Made by a program: the position numbers and the translations under genes. The notes under the pieces were generated by a model that saw only the letters and a list, made by a program, of their open reading frames with translations, had not been told where the DNA came from and did no database searches. From Stegostoma tigrinum (lineage: Eukaryota): DNA of 64,000 nucleotides. Where the stretch lies: positions 130,195,178-130,259,177 of the forward strand of contig NC_081355.1 in NCBI RefSeq assembly GCF_030684315.1, written 5' to 3'. Positions 1 through 12,870 of the stretch are shown in pieces (position 1 is the first letter of the stretch; every line of letters starts with the position of its first letter).

Positions 1-920
1 TGGTTTGGAAAGGAAATGATGTTCTGAAAAAAAATACTCTCCAATGGAGATGTTATCCTCTTCTACCTTTAGAAATGCACCTGCTATGTATTTCCAATGT
101 TCTTCTGTTTGTATTTCTGAAACTGAATTAGGAATGTAATACAAGCAAAATTTGATAATGCTACTTCCCAGAAGGGTCTGAACGGTCAATGCTACAGATC
201 TTAACACCATGAAATCAAATCTACCTTAACAGCCATTGCAAAATTCAGCTAATTTACAGTGTAGGCTTATTCACTAAGTTTAACGAATCGAGAGAAATAA
301 ACAAGTTACAATCCCAAAAATAATGGTATACTCCATCAGAAGGCTTACAGTGCCAAGACGTTATCTGAACTACAAAGTATTTAATCCTGATCATACTGAA
401 CAATCTGCTATTGCTTACAGTTGTAAATCTGCAGTCACCACACACGCGCGCAGAAACAACCTTAAGACTTAAGCAAAACTGAACTTGAATAAGTACTTCT
501 TTTGTAAAGTAGAATTCATTCCCCATTTGTACTCCTACTGCTGATGACAGCATTACAACTTCATAGTTAAATCAAACACCTACACCCTTATGATTATTTG
601 AAAATTGTCTTGCCAATAGCATTCAGAGAAACCTTTGTTTTAATGCAAGAAATTATCCATATCACATGAACAGAAAAAAAAGAGTGTCAGCTGTCCAGAG
701 TTTAATTCCGTTCCCTCAAAGAAGAATGGCTCTTTATAATTACCAAGTTAGCATTCCCTTCATTACAGCATTCATTACCTTTCTAAAATGACAGAAGTAT
801 AGCTTTTACCTTGACGCTACAACAAAGACGGGACTAAATGAGATATGATGGACATGAATTACAGGACGCTACACAGAATAAAGGCGGCAACTAAATCTGA
901 GGATTGCTGAAAAGGGAGAT

Positions 921-970
921 ATGTTGCCAGAGCTTTTTGTCTTGCACACATCAGGACAAAGACAAGAGTG
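921..970 (-). ncRNA. Degenerate minimal hammerhead-like motif, family C (AGCU stem-III loop)
   Basis: Minus strand TTGTC-CTGATGT-GTGCAAGAC-AAAA-AGCT-CT-GGCAA. The flanks TTGTC/GGCAA pair as stem I. The core is mutated. Related to 15697-15728. Confidence 0.4.
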
Positions 971-2328
971 CCATATCAATGTGGCATTATTTTGTTGGCT
1001 ACAAGTGACAGGCATTCATCTACATGGGTCTACTCTCTGCAAGTAAACGGAATATATTCATACCTTGCATGTCCTCTAAATTACTATAGTTCCTCATGCT
1101 TAGTCCACAATCAATCCCAAAGCCAGAGTCTACCTCCAACCAACCAACACCTTTTTCTCCTGCTGGATAAATTATTCTGATGACTTGAAATTTCTCATAC
1201 ATGTTTAGATGCATACAAAACAAAACTGCTTTCGCTATACTGTCTCTCTTTTCAGGAGTATTCAAGTTCTTCCCATCAAGCAAATGTTCCTAATAGAATC
1301 TGGAGGCATTCAGCATAAATCTGCATATTTTAATTAGAGTTTGATCTCTCCCCGAAATCCCTTCAGCAGCAAGCTACTACCTCTTGAAAACAGTGAACAG
1401 CAATGCAGTATTTCAACATTCCAACTGTAGATCATCCCCGAGGAGAGATTCACCATACCTATTGTAATTACGTTTATATTTTATCTTCCTCATTCAGGAA
1501 ACACAGTTACGTACCATGCCAAGAATGGTGGGTATGAGCAAAAATAGGAATTTTACTAAGCTTGCAAACTGGCATTTTCAGAGCTCAGTGCAGTAAAACA
1601 TTGGACTGAACAGAACTGAGCTTCTTACTCTCAGACGCCTGTTCACCAGCTCAGATATCTAAACACATCAAGATTACATTAAAAAGTCAATGTACTTATA
1701 GGTTTGACTCCGTGAAGTCAACAATATTTGCAGCTCTCAAAATGAATCACTATCATCTCTACTTTTCCATGAAATTTAGTACTGTGCAAAATTGGTCAAG
1801 AGTGAGAACGTACAATGACAATCCATCATTAAACATTCCTGTATCTATCAAGTCAACACTCCTCCAAAATCCAGAAACACCTTAAGATCCAGAGAAAAAC
1901 ATCAATTTTCAAAGGGGGAAAAAACCTTTCAAAGATTTCAAAGTTACAAGGATATTTGAGGTGACGTGCATTCACTCCCTTAACCTCACATCCTTTACTG
2001 CACTAAATATACCAATATCTCATGCATATTGATAGTGTGCTTCTAGGCTTTAACCATCATCACCCCTGTCCCTCATCTCATCAATATTTCAGCCTCTGCC
2101 CTAAACAGAATGGACAGTTCCATAGGCAAATGAAGTCTCTTCAATCCAAAACATGCTCAGAATAAACCATGTGGAGTTAATAACTCCATTTGCAGCACAG
2201 AGGATACCTGGATGCAAAGAAAATTCCCTCGACCTATTAACCATGATAACCTAAACATTTCTGTACATAAAAATAAAACTATAGCCACGCTACAAGATCT
2301 ATGTATCCTTTTAAGAACACTTTTCTCA

Positions 2329-2690
2329 GGAGGCAAATGTCCTAGCAGCTTTAAATTGCTATTCTATTAACCCAGACACCCAGGTAATGCTCTGGGGAGC
2401 TCGGCTTGAAGCACACCAGAGCAGATGATGGTATTTTAAAATCAATTTTTTTTAAATATCTGGAATTAATAATCTAATGATGAACATGAAACCATTGCCA
2501 ATTGTCAGGAAAAAAACCCATCTGGTTAACCGAGGCTCTTCAAGTAAGAAACTACTATCCATACCTTGTCTGGCTCACACGTGACTCCAGACCCACTGCA
2601 ATGTGGCTGACTCTGAACTGACCTCCAAACAATTAGAAGTGAGCAACAAATACTGGCCGAGCTAGTGACACCCACAATCACATGAATTAA
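2329..2690 (+). mobile_element. tRNA-derived SINE sharing its 3' tail with the APE-RT LINE at 24975-27955
   Basis: tRNA-like head, body ...ccttgtctggctcacacgtgactccagacccactgcaatgtggctgactct..., tail ...caacaaatactggcc...cccacaatc...gaattaa homologous to the LINE 3' end. Same family as 26875-27225 and 49481-49810. Confidence 0.7.
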
Positions 2691-5600
2691 TTATTTCAAA
2701 AAGCTATTTTACTTATGGACCTCAGAGCCAGGATCTTTAATTGGGATGATCTTCTAGCTGCAACATCCTCTGTGGATGTTACTAAATTCAATTCATTCAC
2801 AGATCATGAAGCTTTTCCAAAGCTAAAGAGGAACTACCAGGGCACTCAACTCTGTCTTGGGACAATTTTATCAAGTAACTAATCCCTTGGTAAATAAAAA
2901 TTGCACATTTCTCAACGTGATGCAAAGGAACTTAGTCTGGCCTCCCATCATTTCATCAATAAGTTTTAAGGATAACTATTTGAATAATCAAGTCCAATCA
3001 GTGATTGTGCAAGTTGAAATGACAAATCAAGCGACTGTAACAATGAAGGAATTGCTGATTTCACCCCTTTCTCCAAATAGGTATTGAAGCAAGGAAATCC
3101 AAGTTAGCCAATGTTTTAATTCTTTGCACGAATTGGCAACTAGTGGAACATAAAAACTGACCCTCCCGCAGAAAAAAAAAACTTACTGCAGTCAAAAAAA
3201 GCTTTAAATTTCATCAACTGAAATCACAAAATACAAAGAAATTTCCATATTCTGTCATGGAACAGCAATGTCAAAATTCTGAATTGTTATTCATTAAAAA
3301 ATGAGTCGTAAAAAAAATGTATAAGTGATGCCGAAATGGACACAAGTGTCAAGGTATTTGCAAAAGAATGAAGAAAGCAGGAAGACAACAACACTTTTAA
3401 AAAAGTCATTACATTCAGTCTGTTGAACATTGCAGTGGGCATTTGGGGTCACAATGTGTTTCCTTTACAGAGGACAAAACTAAAGCATCTTACAAATACC
3501 AAGCTAAGCATCCAGCTTTAAATAGATCCAGTTATAAATCCGGAAACAACACTGGCCTAATTTCATGTATTTGAATACCAAACAGAAAATTGTTATAAAT
3601 TCAACCCTCCCAACGAAAATTATCAATGATCATCAAAGTTTAAAAATATTCCGGTTTTGGAAGTTGACTTAATTTCCACACTGCAAGACATTAATCCAGT
3701 AGACAACTTCGAGGAGTTAATTTTTGCACAAATAGTGTACTTGAAGGTGTAGATGCACCTTAGTTTCATCTGTCAAGCTAAAAAGAAACAAGCTCAAGTG
3801 TACAGTCCGCACCCTACCAGCTCTTCTGCATGGAATCATATCTTCATTATCGGAAACAAAAAGAACTGCTTGCTTGTTAATTTCATCAGAATCAAAGAAG
3901 TAACTTCAGTGACAAGGGGTCCAATTTGAAGCAATTATCAACCTACCTCTGATGGAAAGGTTTTAAAATCAGTTTTCCTGATATACCCTCAATGATGAAC
4001 TCAGCAGTGAGTGAAATTAGCAGGAACCATTGGATATACCACCTATCTGAACTCTTCACCATATTAATTGCTGCATTAACAACAGAATTCTACAGTAGCT
4101 GGAAATAGGAAATGCAACTCTTTCAACAATGTTGTTTAATAAAATGTAATGGTCCAAAATAGATTATATGCAAAATAAATCCAAGAATGATACAGATTAT
4201 GGGGGTGGAGAACCAAGTCATTTTAAAACCAAAAACACGTGTCTGTTTCCAAACAGCTGCAGAAATAGAGAGGAACACAGAAAATCCAAACTAATAAAGC
4301 AATAATACACCAGGATATTAAAGCAAACTGTTATGGCTGCTGGAAACAGGGAATAAAACCAGAAAATTCTGGAAACAGTTTGTAAAGGGAAACAGATACT
4401 ACCTAGCCTGGTGATTGCGTCCAGCACTTTGTTGTTATTGCACAGTATATACAATACTGGCAGCTCATGTTTCTGTATACTCTCAGATCCCAGTACTTTA
4501 CCCAAACAACCAAAAGCTTCACAAATGCTCAGTGTAATAACAGAATTAAACATAAGGATTAAAGGCATACAAGAAAGCTAAGCCCTATAACTACTTTTAA
4601 TACTTTGATCAAGATAAATCTGCATCTGGTTCAGAGGTGGAGCTCCAATCAGGAAGGTTGTTTTTTGCTTTTTCTCTCCCCACAAGAACACCACCTTTAC
4701 ACACCAGTGTTATCGAGTTTAATGAATCATCTCAATCTTTTAAATATTATTTGCACCAACTTTGTACAGAATAATTCAGCCAAAGAAAACAATTTTATAT
4801 GATTCACAATAGTTAAGCAGTATATTCCGCATACCATTTGTTACTAAATGTCCTTTTTCTCAATATGAAAGTTAAAATTTTCAACTGAGTAGAAATGCAT
4901 ACTCATGGGCAACTTAAAACGGCAACTCAAAATTCCTGAGGGAGATGAAACAGTAGTCTCAGTACCAGCTTTAGGACGAAATAACATGCTAGTCAACTAC
5001 AATTTAGGTAAACTTAATTTGTTCCAAGATCTACAGCAGAGATTTCAATCAAATATCTCGAGGTCTTTTCTCTTACATTATATCTACTGACAGATATTTG
5101 CAACAGCCTTCATCAGCCAACCTGAGGGGGGAGACAGCCTAGGGATGAACCACTGCATCTTGAGAAACAGCTGATTATCATTAAATATTTTCTCTTTATT
5201 CTGCCTATGAAATGTAGAAGTTGCAGAAAGGTTTTTTACTGCTGCAGCAGTCCATTCCAGTAAATTATACACAATGTAACAACAACAACTTGGTGGCCTT
5301 GAAATTTCAGATCAAACCGATGGACAGTAACCACCTATGAATTCAAACCAATATTCGGGTTTAGTTTTGTTGAAACGCTTTGCACCCAGTTTTTTCCAAA
5401 TTAATATTCCTCCTTCAACTAATTATATTAAATCAGCAAAGTGATCATTCATCTCAGTTGACAAGTGAGAGACTTTGCTGTGCTTACTTAGCTGCTACAT
5501 TTGCCTACATGACAACAGTGCTCATACGTCAGTAATCAGAAATTTCAGCAATTTCAAGTAATCCACAGACTGTAAATTATTTCAAGGTATGAGGAATCCT

Positions 5601-5834
5601 GAAGTTCAATGTGAGGCCTTGCATCCTGAGTAGTCTCCAACAGACAGCAGCCTTGCTAGAGTACAGTCCCACAAACATCAGCATTTCTCCACGATCTTGC
5701 CCACTTAACTGTTCATCATGCAGGTACGAATCCAGGATAACAACTGAGCCCATCCTGTTCCTGTCTTCAACAAATAACCAAACACATGTACTCACTCCAA
5801 CAGAGTGACTGAATAGCAACCAGGATAAAGCATT

Positions 5835-5990
5835 AGATAAAAGTAAAGTTGCCATCGAGCTGCTCTCACATTACAGAGGAACAACTGGTGATTGTTTAGC
5901 TTGACGGAGACTACATCTCAGGTGAGGGGAAGAGGTTGAGATGGAGCTTCCTCCATGGTAACCTCAGTCTCAGTTGGCATCACTATTTCA
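5835..5990 (-). mobile_element. Old SINE-like repeat fragment (same family as 15750-15965)
   Basis: Shared caactggtg...ctcagg...gggaagaggttgag...ccatggtaacctcag blocks between the two copies. Confidence 0.45.
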
Positions 5991-6000
5991 AGGATTGGAA

Positions 6001-6300
6001 CATAACATAAGAACGCAAGAATGAGGAGCAGGAATGGTCAATTCAGCCTCTTGAGCCTGCACTGTCAATTAATGCAATCATCTCAACATCAAATCTACTT
6101 TCTGGACCACACTGCACAACACTTCAACCCATTACTACTCAAAATCAGTCTATTTCCTCCTCAAATTTACTCAATGTTCTGGCATCCACCACAGTTTAAA
6201 TTCCACAGATACATGATCCATTGAGAGAAGGATCTTCTCATTTGTTTTAAATCTGCTCATCCGTCTCTTAAAACAATGACCTCTCATTCTATTTCTGGTC
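6001..6300 (-). mobile_element. CR1 LINE 3' end, decayed
   Basis: cataagaac...aggagcagga...cattcagcc.cttgagcctgc is the reverse complement of the CR1 3' tail seen in other copies in the window. Confidence 0.6.
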
Positions 6301-7664
6301 CATGTCTGTCCTTTCAATAACCAGGGTTTAGGGTGGGGTGGAGGGGCAAGATGTGCAACTGGACTGCTTCAATCATATAACAAATCAAAACTGAATTTCA
6401 GGTCTCAGTCTTTGTGCCACTCAGGTGGCGTCTTTAAACTTCTTCACCAGAAGAACTGTTTTGGTGTGCAATATCCATTGCAAAATATTCATGATTCTCA
6501 AGTAGAAAGTGCTTTCACACAATAAACAGCTGTTTCCTGTAGCATGTTTGCAAACTGGAATTCAAAAGATGAAGCACTTAAGAAGCAATTTTCTCGTTTT
6601 CATCCAACTGATATAGCAGTGTATCAATCTCACAGCAGTGAAGGGGATTGGCAACAAACCTGCTGCCAGCAAATCCTCCAAAAGCCACCTAGTCACTGTG
6701 TGCGTGCGAAAAAGACCATGGTGAGATTTTTTTTGGGGGGGGGGGGGGGGAGGGCGGAGAATTCTTTGTACTGTGGGGAAGCAAACTTACTTCTCAGATA
6801 TTTCAAGTAGGATCTGCATCTCACCTGAAGAAAACCAGTCCTGCAGCTTTTGTAATTCCACTCATTTAAACGTGACCTGCTGCCTCGCAGGAGACTTTAA
6901 ACCTTAAACTGGAGAACAGAGCAGTAACTCAATGCAGCACTCTCTGTCGAGGTTTTGTCTGTTGCAGTACTTGGACTGCCAACAAGTGCAGGTCTCACAT
7001 CAGCAGTTACAGTATGGAGACTTCATCAGCAACACATGATTTATAATACACAGCTGAAAATTTGACTCAACTCAGAGACAGAGGCAGAGAGCGAGGGAGA
7101 TGTCTCAGTACAGGGCCAGTAAATCTTCACAATGTTTTGAAAGCACCAGGAGACAGCCTGGCAACACAATCAAAACAGTGACCTGTCTTTGCACTTTTGA
7201 ATTACGCATTACCACTACAGCAGAACTCTATCCCTGAGACTTCAAACTGAATGAAGCAGGCGAGACAACTTCTGTTAAGTCTCTCATTGCTACAACCCAA
7301 AGTCAGGTTACAAGCAAATTGGAAAACCAAAATACTTCAAGCAGTGAAAAGCTGAAAAAGAAAATGCTTAGAACATTTAAGCTGGTCAGCTAGCATCTGA
7401 TGGCAGAGACAGTGGTTGGGAGTGGGGGGGGGGGGGAGAGACGGATGGACGGACGGAGTTAATCCAAATTGAATTCAGCGCCCCTGTTCTTACATATTAC
7501 TGCAAAGAAATTAATCATTTCAAACTAGGTCCAATAGTATAATTACACACTGACATCTCAATAGATTTTGCTCCCTTGTCAAATAAATAGTATTTTGCTC
7601 GTACCAAAAGCAACTGTTGCCTTGGCCTTCTTTACGTAGCTTAGTTTTAGTTTATCTAGTTTGC

Positions 7665-8082
7665 AAATGAATTGGAAGCAGTTCAGAGAAGGCTTACTAG
7701 ACTAATACCTGGAATGATTGTGCTCCCTTTTGAGGAAAGTTGGGCAGGCTAAACCTTAATGCACTGGAGTTCAGAAAAGAAAGAGGTGACATCATTGACG
7801 GTCACACAAAGCAACGTGAATGAAACACACAAATGGAGGTGAGGAGAACTGTTTTTTCAGAGGATTGCAACTCTTGGAATTCTCTTCCTCAGCAGGCAAT
7901 GGTAGCAGACTTTGAATACGTTTAAGGAACGAAGTGAGTTTATTCATAAGCAAAGGAGTGAAAAAGAACTTAGGTAGTCAGAAATATGGAATGATTAGAT
8001 TATCCATGATCTTTTTGTATGGTGGAGCAGGCTCAAAAGGGCCAAGTGGCCTACTTTTGCTACTAATTCATATGATCTTATG
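7665..8082 (+). mobile_element. CR1 LINE 3' fragment, decayed
   Basis: ttggaagcagttcagagaaggcttactagactaatacctggaatg (LEAVQRR.TRLIPG) through the tail ggagcaggctcaaaagggccaagtggcctact. Confidence 0.75.
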
Positions 8083-8637
8083 TGCCTTAGCCTAATATAA
8101 AATTACATAAATCTGCTCAAGAATCACCCAATCAGAAAGCTCGTCATTCAGAACAAGATGTCTAGTTTAATCTGAAACATTGCAGAAACCTGCCCAGAGA
8201 TGGCTTGAGGCATTTCCACTGTTAAAAAGCAAGTCCGGTTTAAGGTTTTAGAAAGGCTTTTCATTTACATTTTCATTATGTCTCATCTGGAACTCCCCAT
8301 GAATATTAGGAGCTTCAAACTGAGTTTGTGAAAGCTTAGTAATTTGTTTGGCATTCAGGCTGCCTTAAATGGTTAAATGTACTATTCAATTCAATACTGC
8401 ATCATACAGATCAGGCTACTGAGGCATCTCTGGTCTGCATTTAGCCATCTGATCTCATGAGCTTCTGCAGCTCAAGGATAATATGACTGGCTTCAGCATC
8501 CCTAAGCTCCAGCAAGGATAATGAGAAAACTAAATAATTTGCAGCCTCTATACCGATTGCAAGTCATTGACTAATCCCAGTGCGCAGTATTTGGGCAAGG
8601 GACAGCACAAAAAAAACTGAACAGTACACAACAGTCA

Positions 8638-8726
8638 GAGATAATGGGAACTGCAGATGCTGGAGAATCCAAGATGACAAAGTATGAAGCTGGATGAACA
8701 CAGCAGGCCAAGCAGCATCTCAGGAG
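8638..8726 (-). mobile_element. PLE terminus mini-insertion (family A) with 16-bp TSD
   Basis: Matches the terminus of the long PLE at 47656-47720. Flanked by a perfect direct repeat CAGTACACAACAGTCA at 8622-8637 and 8727-8742. Confidence 0.85.
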
Positions 8727-8898
8727 CAGTACACAACAGTCATCAGGATTACTGATACTCATTACCACGTTATTGTCCTTGCCTCCATTACTTTCAATGT
8801 CATCGTTGGCCCTTTATTTCTCTCGTTCTTTTCATATGCAACAAGTTAGTTTCACCTAAGCTGAATCACTTCTGCAAGAACATCTGAATTTGTATTGG

Positions 8899-9084
8899 AA
8901 ACCAAAAGAACTGCAGATGCTGTAAATCAGGAACAAAAACGGAAGTTGCACTTCTGAGGAAGGGTCACTGGAGCCGAAACGTTTACTCTGATTTCATCTT
9001 CACAGATGCTGCCTGACCTGCTGAGCTTTTCCAGCAACTTCCGTTTTTGTTCCTGATTTAGAGCACCCACAGTTCTTTCGGTTT
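8899..9084 (+). mobile_element. Fold-back mini-element (family B) with hammerhead-like core
   Basis: About 50-bp inverted arms (8899-8949 and 9034-9084). Core CTGAGGA-A-GGGTCACTGGAGCC-GAAACGTT at 8954-8983. Degenerate 14-bp TSD TGAATTTGTATTGG / TGACTTTGTAATGG at 8885-8898 and 9085-9098. Confidence 0.75.
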
Positions 9085-10502
9085 TGACTTTGTAATGGGT
9101 TATGTTAAGTTTATTATAACCATATAACATGACCTGACCTTTGAGGTACCTATTAATAAGATATCTCAGTGCTTACTAATTGCTATTAAATATGTTGTTC
9201 AGAAAAATCGAGCAGTATATTAAAATCAACCATTGAATGAACGACAAAGCTCCTAAAACGAGAAAATAATAATCACTGTTACACCGCCAATGTGTAATCG
9301 ATTAAAAGCACACATTATCACACTCTAGCAAGGTCTGAACACGAGATCATTATCATACACCTCTATAATTTACATTTTAAGAATCGAATAAAACAAAAAA
9401 AGTGTGGTCCATTACCCACAGTGCAGGATGACACCAATGTAGAATAGAACAGGAAACCAGCTAAGTGGGGCAACAATAAAAACTTTTGATATTAAAAACC
9501 CGCACCAAAATGTCATCAGCTGAAAATGAAGGCAGTATAGTTATAAAGAGACAAAGTATTAAATATAGGAGAAAATGGAAGGGAAAGCAGAAAATAAAAG
9601 CATAGTCCAGCAAATATCATTGGTCCATTGATGTTGTTTAATAACTTCAAACAAAGCCCTCTGCTGTAATCCCATAAGTTTGGAAAAAAAATGGAATAAG
9701 TGTTCAATATGAATCAAATAAAATTTTTAGCAACATCTAGTGGTGGCATGATTTCAAGCAATCCAAAAAGATACGGTACATCAGCACTTTAATAAAGTCA
9801 CTCTGACATTTGGAATACACACTGCTTTGTTCAGATTCACATGAGCCTTAAATTGAAAATTCAGGAGACAACTCTCAATCAAATTTCTCTTGAGTAAATA
9901 AGCATCCTGGTTTCTGTTTCTTTATAGCAGCCGAATATAAAAGAGCTACCAATAATGGCAGAGAATTTGTTCACACATTTACAAATTTCATGAAATCACC
10001 AAAGTGAACTGAATGCAAACAATTCTTCAAGGAACTACTATAACTATAATTTCTACAACTGTGACTTAAAATGCCTTAAAATATCACAGAACACATCTCT
10101 GTGAAAACAATGAGCAGAATCAAGTAATCACAAAGAAATTCAATGTACTATAGATTATCTAATATGTGATTCTAGTTTATTCCAAGACTCTGATTAACTT
10201 ATTTTTCATGGCAGAGTCACAAATCTGGTTAATTTTTTTAAAATCTGAAAATGATATTTACTCAACCATGTTGGGTAAAACAAAGCAAGCCATGCCACAG
10301 GTTAGTCAATGCTTACCCTTGCATTTTCAACATTCATGTTATAGCCTGAAGCTCAAACAATGCATCAATTATTGGCTTACAGATCTGAACCAACATAATA
10401 AAATTAACCACCGTAACCTACTGTACCTATTCAATCACTAATACTCTTAGTTAATTGACTTAGCTGACGTGCTCCCCACTGCAACATGGAAACATTTTTC
10501 CC

Positions 10503-11757
10503 CACAGGAACAGGCCCTTCGGCCCTCCAAGCCTGCGCCGATCAAGATCCTCTGTCTAACCTGTCATCTATTTTCTAACAGTCTGTGTCCATTTGCTCCC
10601 TGCCCATCCATGTACCTGTCCAAATATATCTTAAAAGACGCTAACGTGTCTGCAGCTACCACCTCCGCTGGCAACGCATTCCTGGCACCCACCACCCTCT
10701 GTGTAAAGAACTTTCCACGCATATCTCCCTTAAACTTTCCTCCTCTCACTTTGAACTCATGACCCCTAGTAATTGAGTCCCCCACTCTGGGGAAAAAAGC
10801 TTTTTGCTATCCACCCTGTCTACAGGGTGTAGACCACAATCAGGTCTCCCCCTCAATCTCCATCTTTCTAATGAAAATAATCCTAATCTATTCAACCTCT
10901 CTTCATAGCTAGCACCCTCCATACCAGGCAACATGCTGGTGAACGTCCTCTGCACCCTCTCCAAAGCATCCACATCCCTTTGGTAATGTGGCAACCAGAA
11001 CTGTACACAGTACTCCAAATGTGGCCGAACCAAAGTCCTATGCAACTGCAACATGACCTGCCAACTCTTGTACTCAATACCCCGCCCAATGAAGGAAAGC
11101 ATGCCATATGCCTTCTGGACCACCCTATTGACCTGTGTTGTCACCTTCAGGGAACAATGGACCTGAACACCCAGATCTCTCTGTTCATCAACTTTCCCTA
11201 GGGCTTTTCCATTTACTGTATAGTTCGCCCTTGAATTTGATCTTCCAAAATGCACCACCTCGCATTTGCCCGGATTGAACTCCATCTGCCATTTATCTGC
11301 CCAATTCTCCAGTCTATCTATATTCTGCTGTAATTTCTGACAGTCTCCTTCACTATCAGCTACTCCACCAATCTTAGTGTCATCAGCAAACTTGCTGATC
11401 AGACCACCGACACCTTCCTCCAGGTCATTTACATATATTACAAACAACAGTGGTCCCAGCACAGATCCCTGTGGAACACCACTGGTCTCCAATTTGAGAA
11501 ACTCCCTTCTACTACTACCCTCTGTCTCCTGTTGCCCAGCCAGTTTGTTATCCATCTAGCTAGCACACCCTGGACCCCACATAACTTCACTTTCTCCATC
11601 AGCCTTCCATGGGGAACCTTATCAAATGCCTTACTGAAGTCCATGTATATGACATCTACAGCCTTGCCCTCAATCAACTTTGTTACGCCCTCAAAGAATT
11701 CTATTAAGTTGGTAAGACATGACTTTCCCTGTACAAAACCATGTTGCCTATCACTGT
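10503..11757 (-). mobile_element. CR1 (HER1-type) LINE, 5'-truncated, RT domain with frameshifts
   Basis: ORF track: [66 protein letters not shown]. 3' tail near 10503-10540. Confidence 0.93.
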
Positions 11758-12870
11758 TATATATCCACACGGTCATTAGTTTAGCCACCAGATCAAGGTG
11801 TTTCATTATTTGACAACTATTATAAGAACCAAAGTATGGCATCAATTTTTTTTCTTTACCAGCAGTGTCAAAAAATTTCAAGTATGCTAAACATACTCGA
11901 TCTTTTAGTAGTATAGAACTTGAGCATTCCTGTAAAGACAATTTGGCAAACCATTGGATTTCACACAACAGGACAATTTGCAAATTAATTTAAGGAGTAC
12001 ATCCAACACTTTCAATTCATTAGAAAAAAAGTTACTGCTTAACAAATGAAGAAGCACCAATTAATTATGACTGACCATTAACTGCCAGGCTTGAATTAAA
12101 TTTACACCTGAATTGTTGCCATCCTAGACTCAAACTCAACACTGAAACAGGAGTCACATGAGCTCCCTTTCCCAGGAAGTCTTCGATGAAAAAAAATCAG
12201 TTAGTGGGTTCCTTAATACTGTCTATCATAAACCTGCCTTTGATGGTCAGTATACACATTGGAATTCTTCTGGTTTGACATTCTGTAAGATTGGCCTTCT
12301 CAGCAAGCTCATCAATAAGGCCTGAAACAAATGATCAGTGTGCAAGTTGGTTGCACCCTGTTTCAGCATCAAAGGCACCCTGTGGAATTTCGGCTATCCT
12401 GTCAGGTAACTTCCTATTGTGCTTACTGCACAAACTCATGAATGATCCCAAGACCTTCGCTGCAATCCCTCAAGAGCAAGAGCATCCTTCCTCAGAAAAG
12501 GAGACCAAAACTGCACACAATATTCTAGATGCGGTTCCAGTCTAACTCAGAAAACAGCAAGGTTATTCCAATACTTCAGCAACAGATATAGTTAGTTGTT
12601 TCATATTGCTACTACACATTTGCAAAAGGTGTGATGTTCACCACGAACAGGATGCTGTTTTCAAGCCAAGATGATATTCTCCCAAACAGATAAACAAATA
12701 AGGTGGCAAATGAATTTCAGTGCTGGTCTGGTGGTGCTAAGTAGGCTATACGTTCCAAAGATTGGCGGGTTATTGCAAGCAGCATACCCTCTTAACAGTT
12801 TTCAACAAGCAAGGCACTGACAGTATCCAACCAGACTACATTTGCAAAACATTCAAATATTTCTTCGACA

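Noticed and set aside
3740-3795. Possible minus-strand splice acceptor (tgtttctttttag) as PARD3 exon 2
   Set aside because: The downstream sequence does not encode the expected DPNYW/HGDGG peptide.
254-5272. Short ORFs in the AT-rich unique region
   Set aside because: No recognisable domains and lengths consistent with chance. Conserved non-coding elements may exist but cannot be shown without alignments.
6735-6750. Poly-G runs (also about 7424-7436 and 50844-50861)
   Set aside because: Simple homopolymers with no supporting context.
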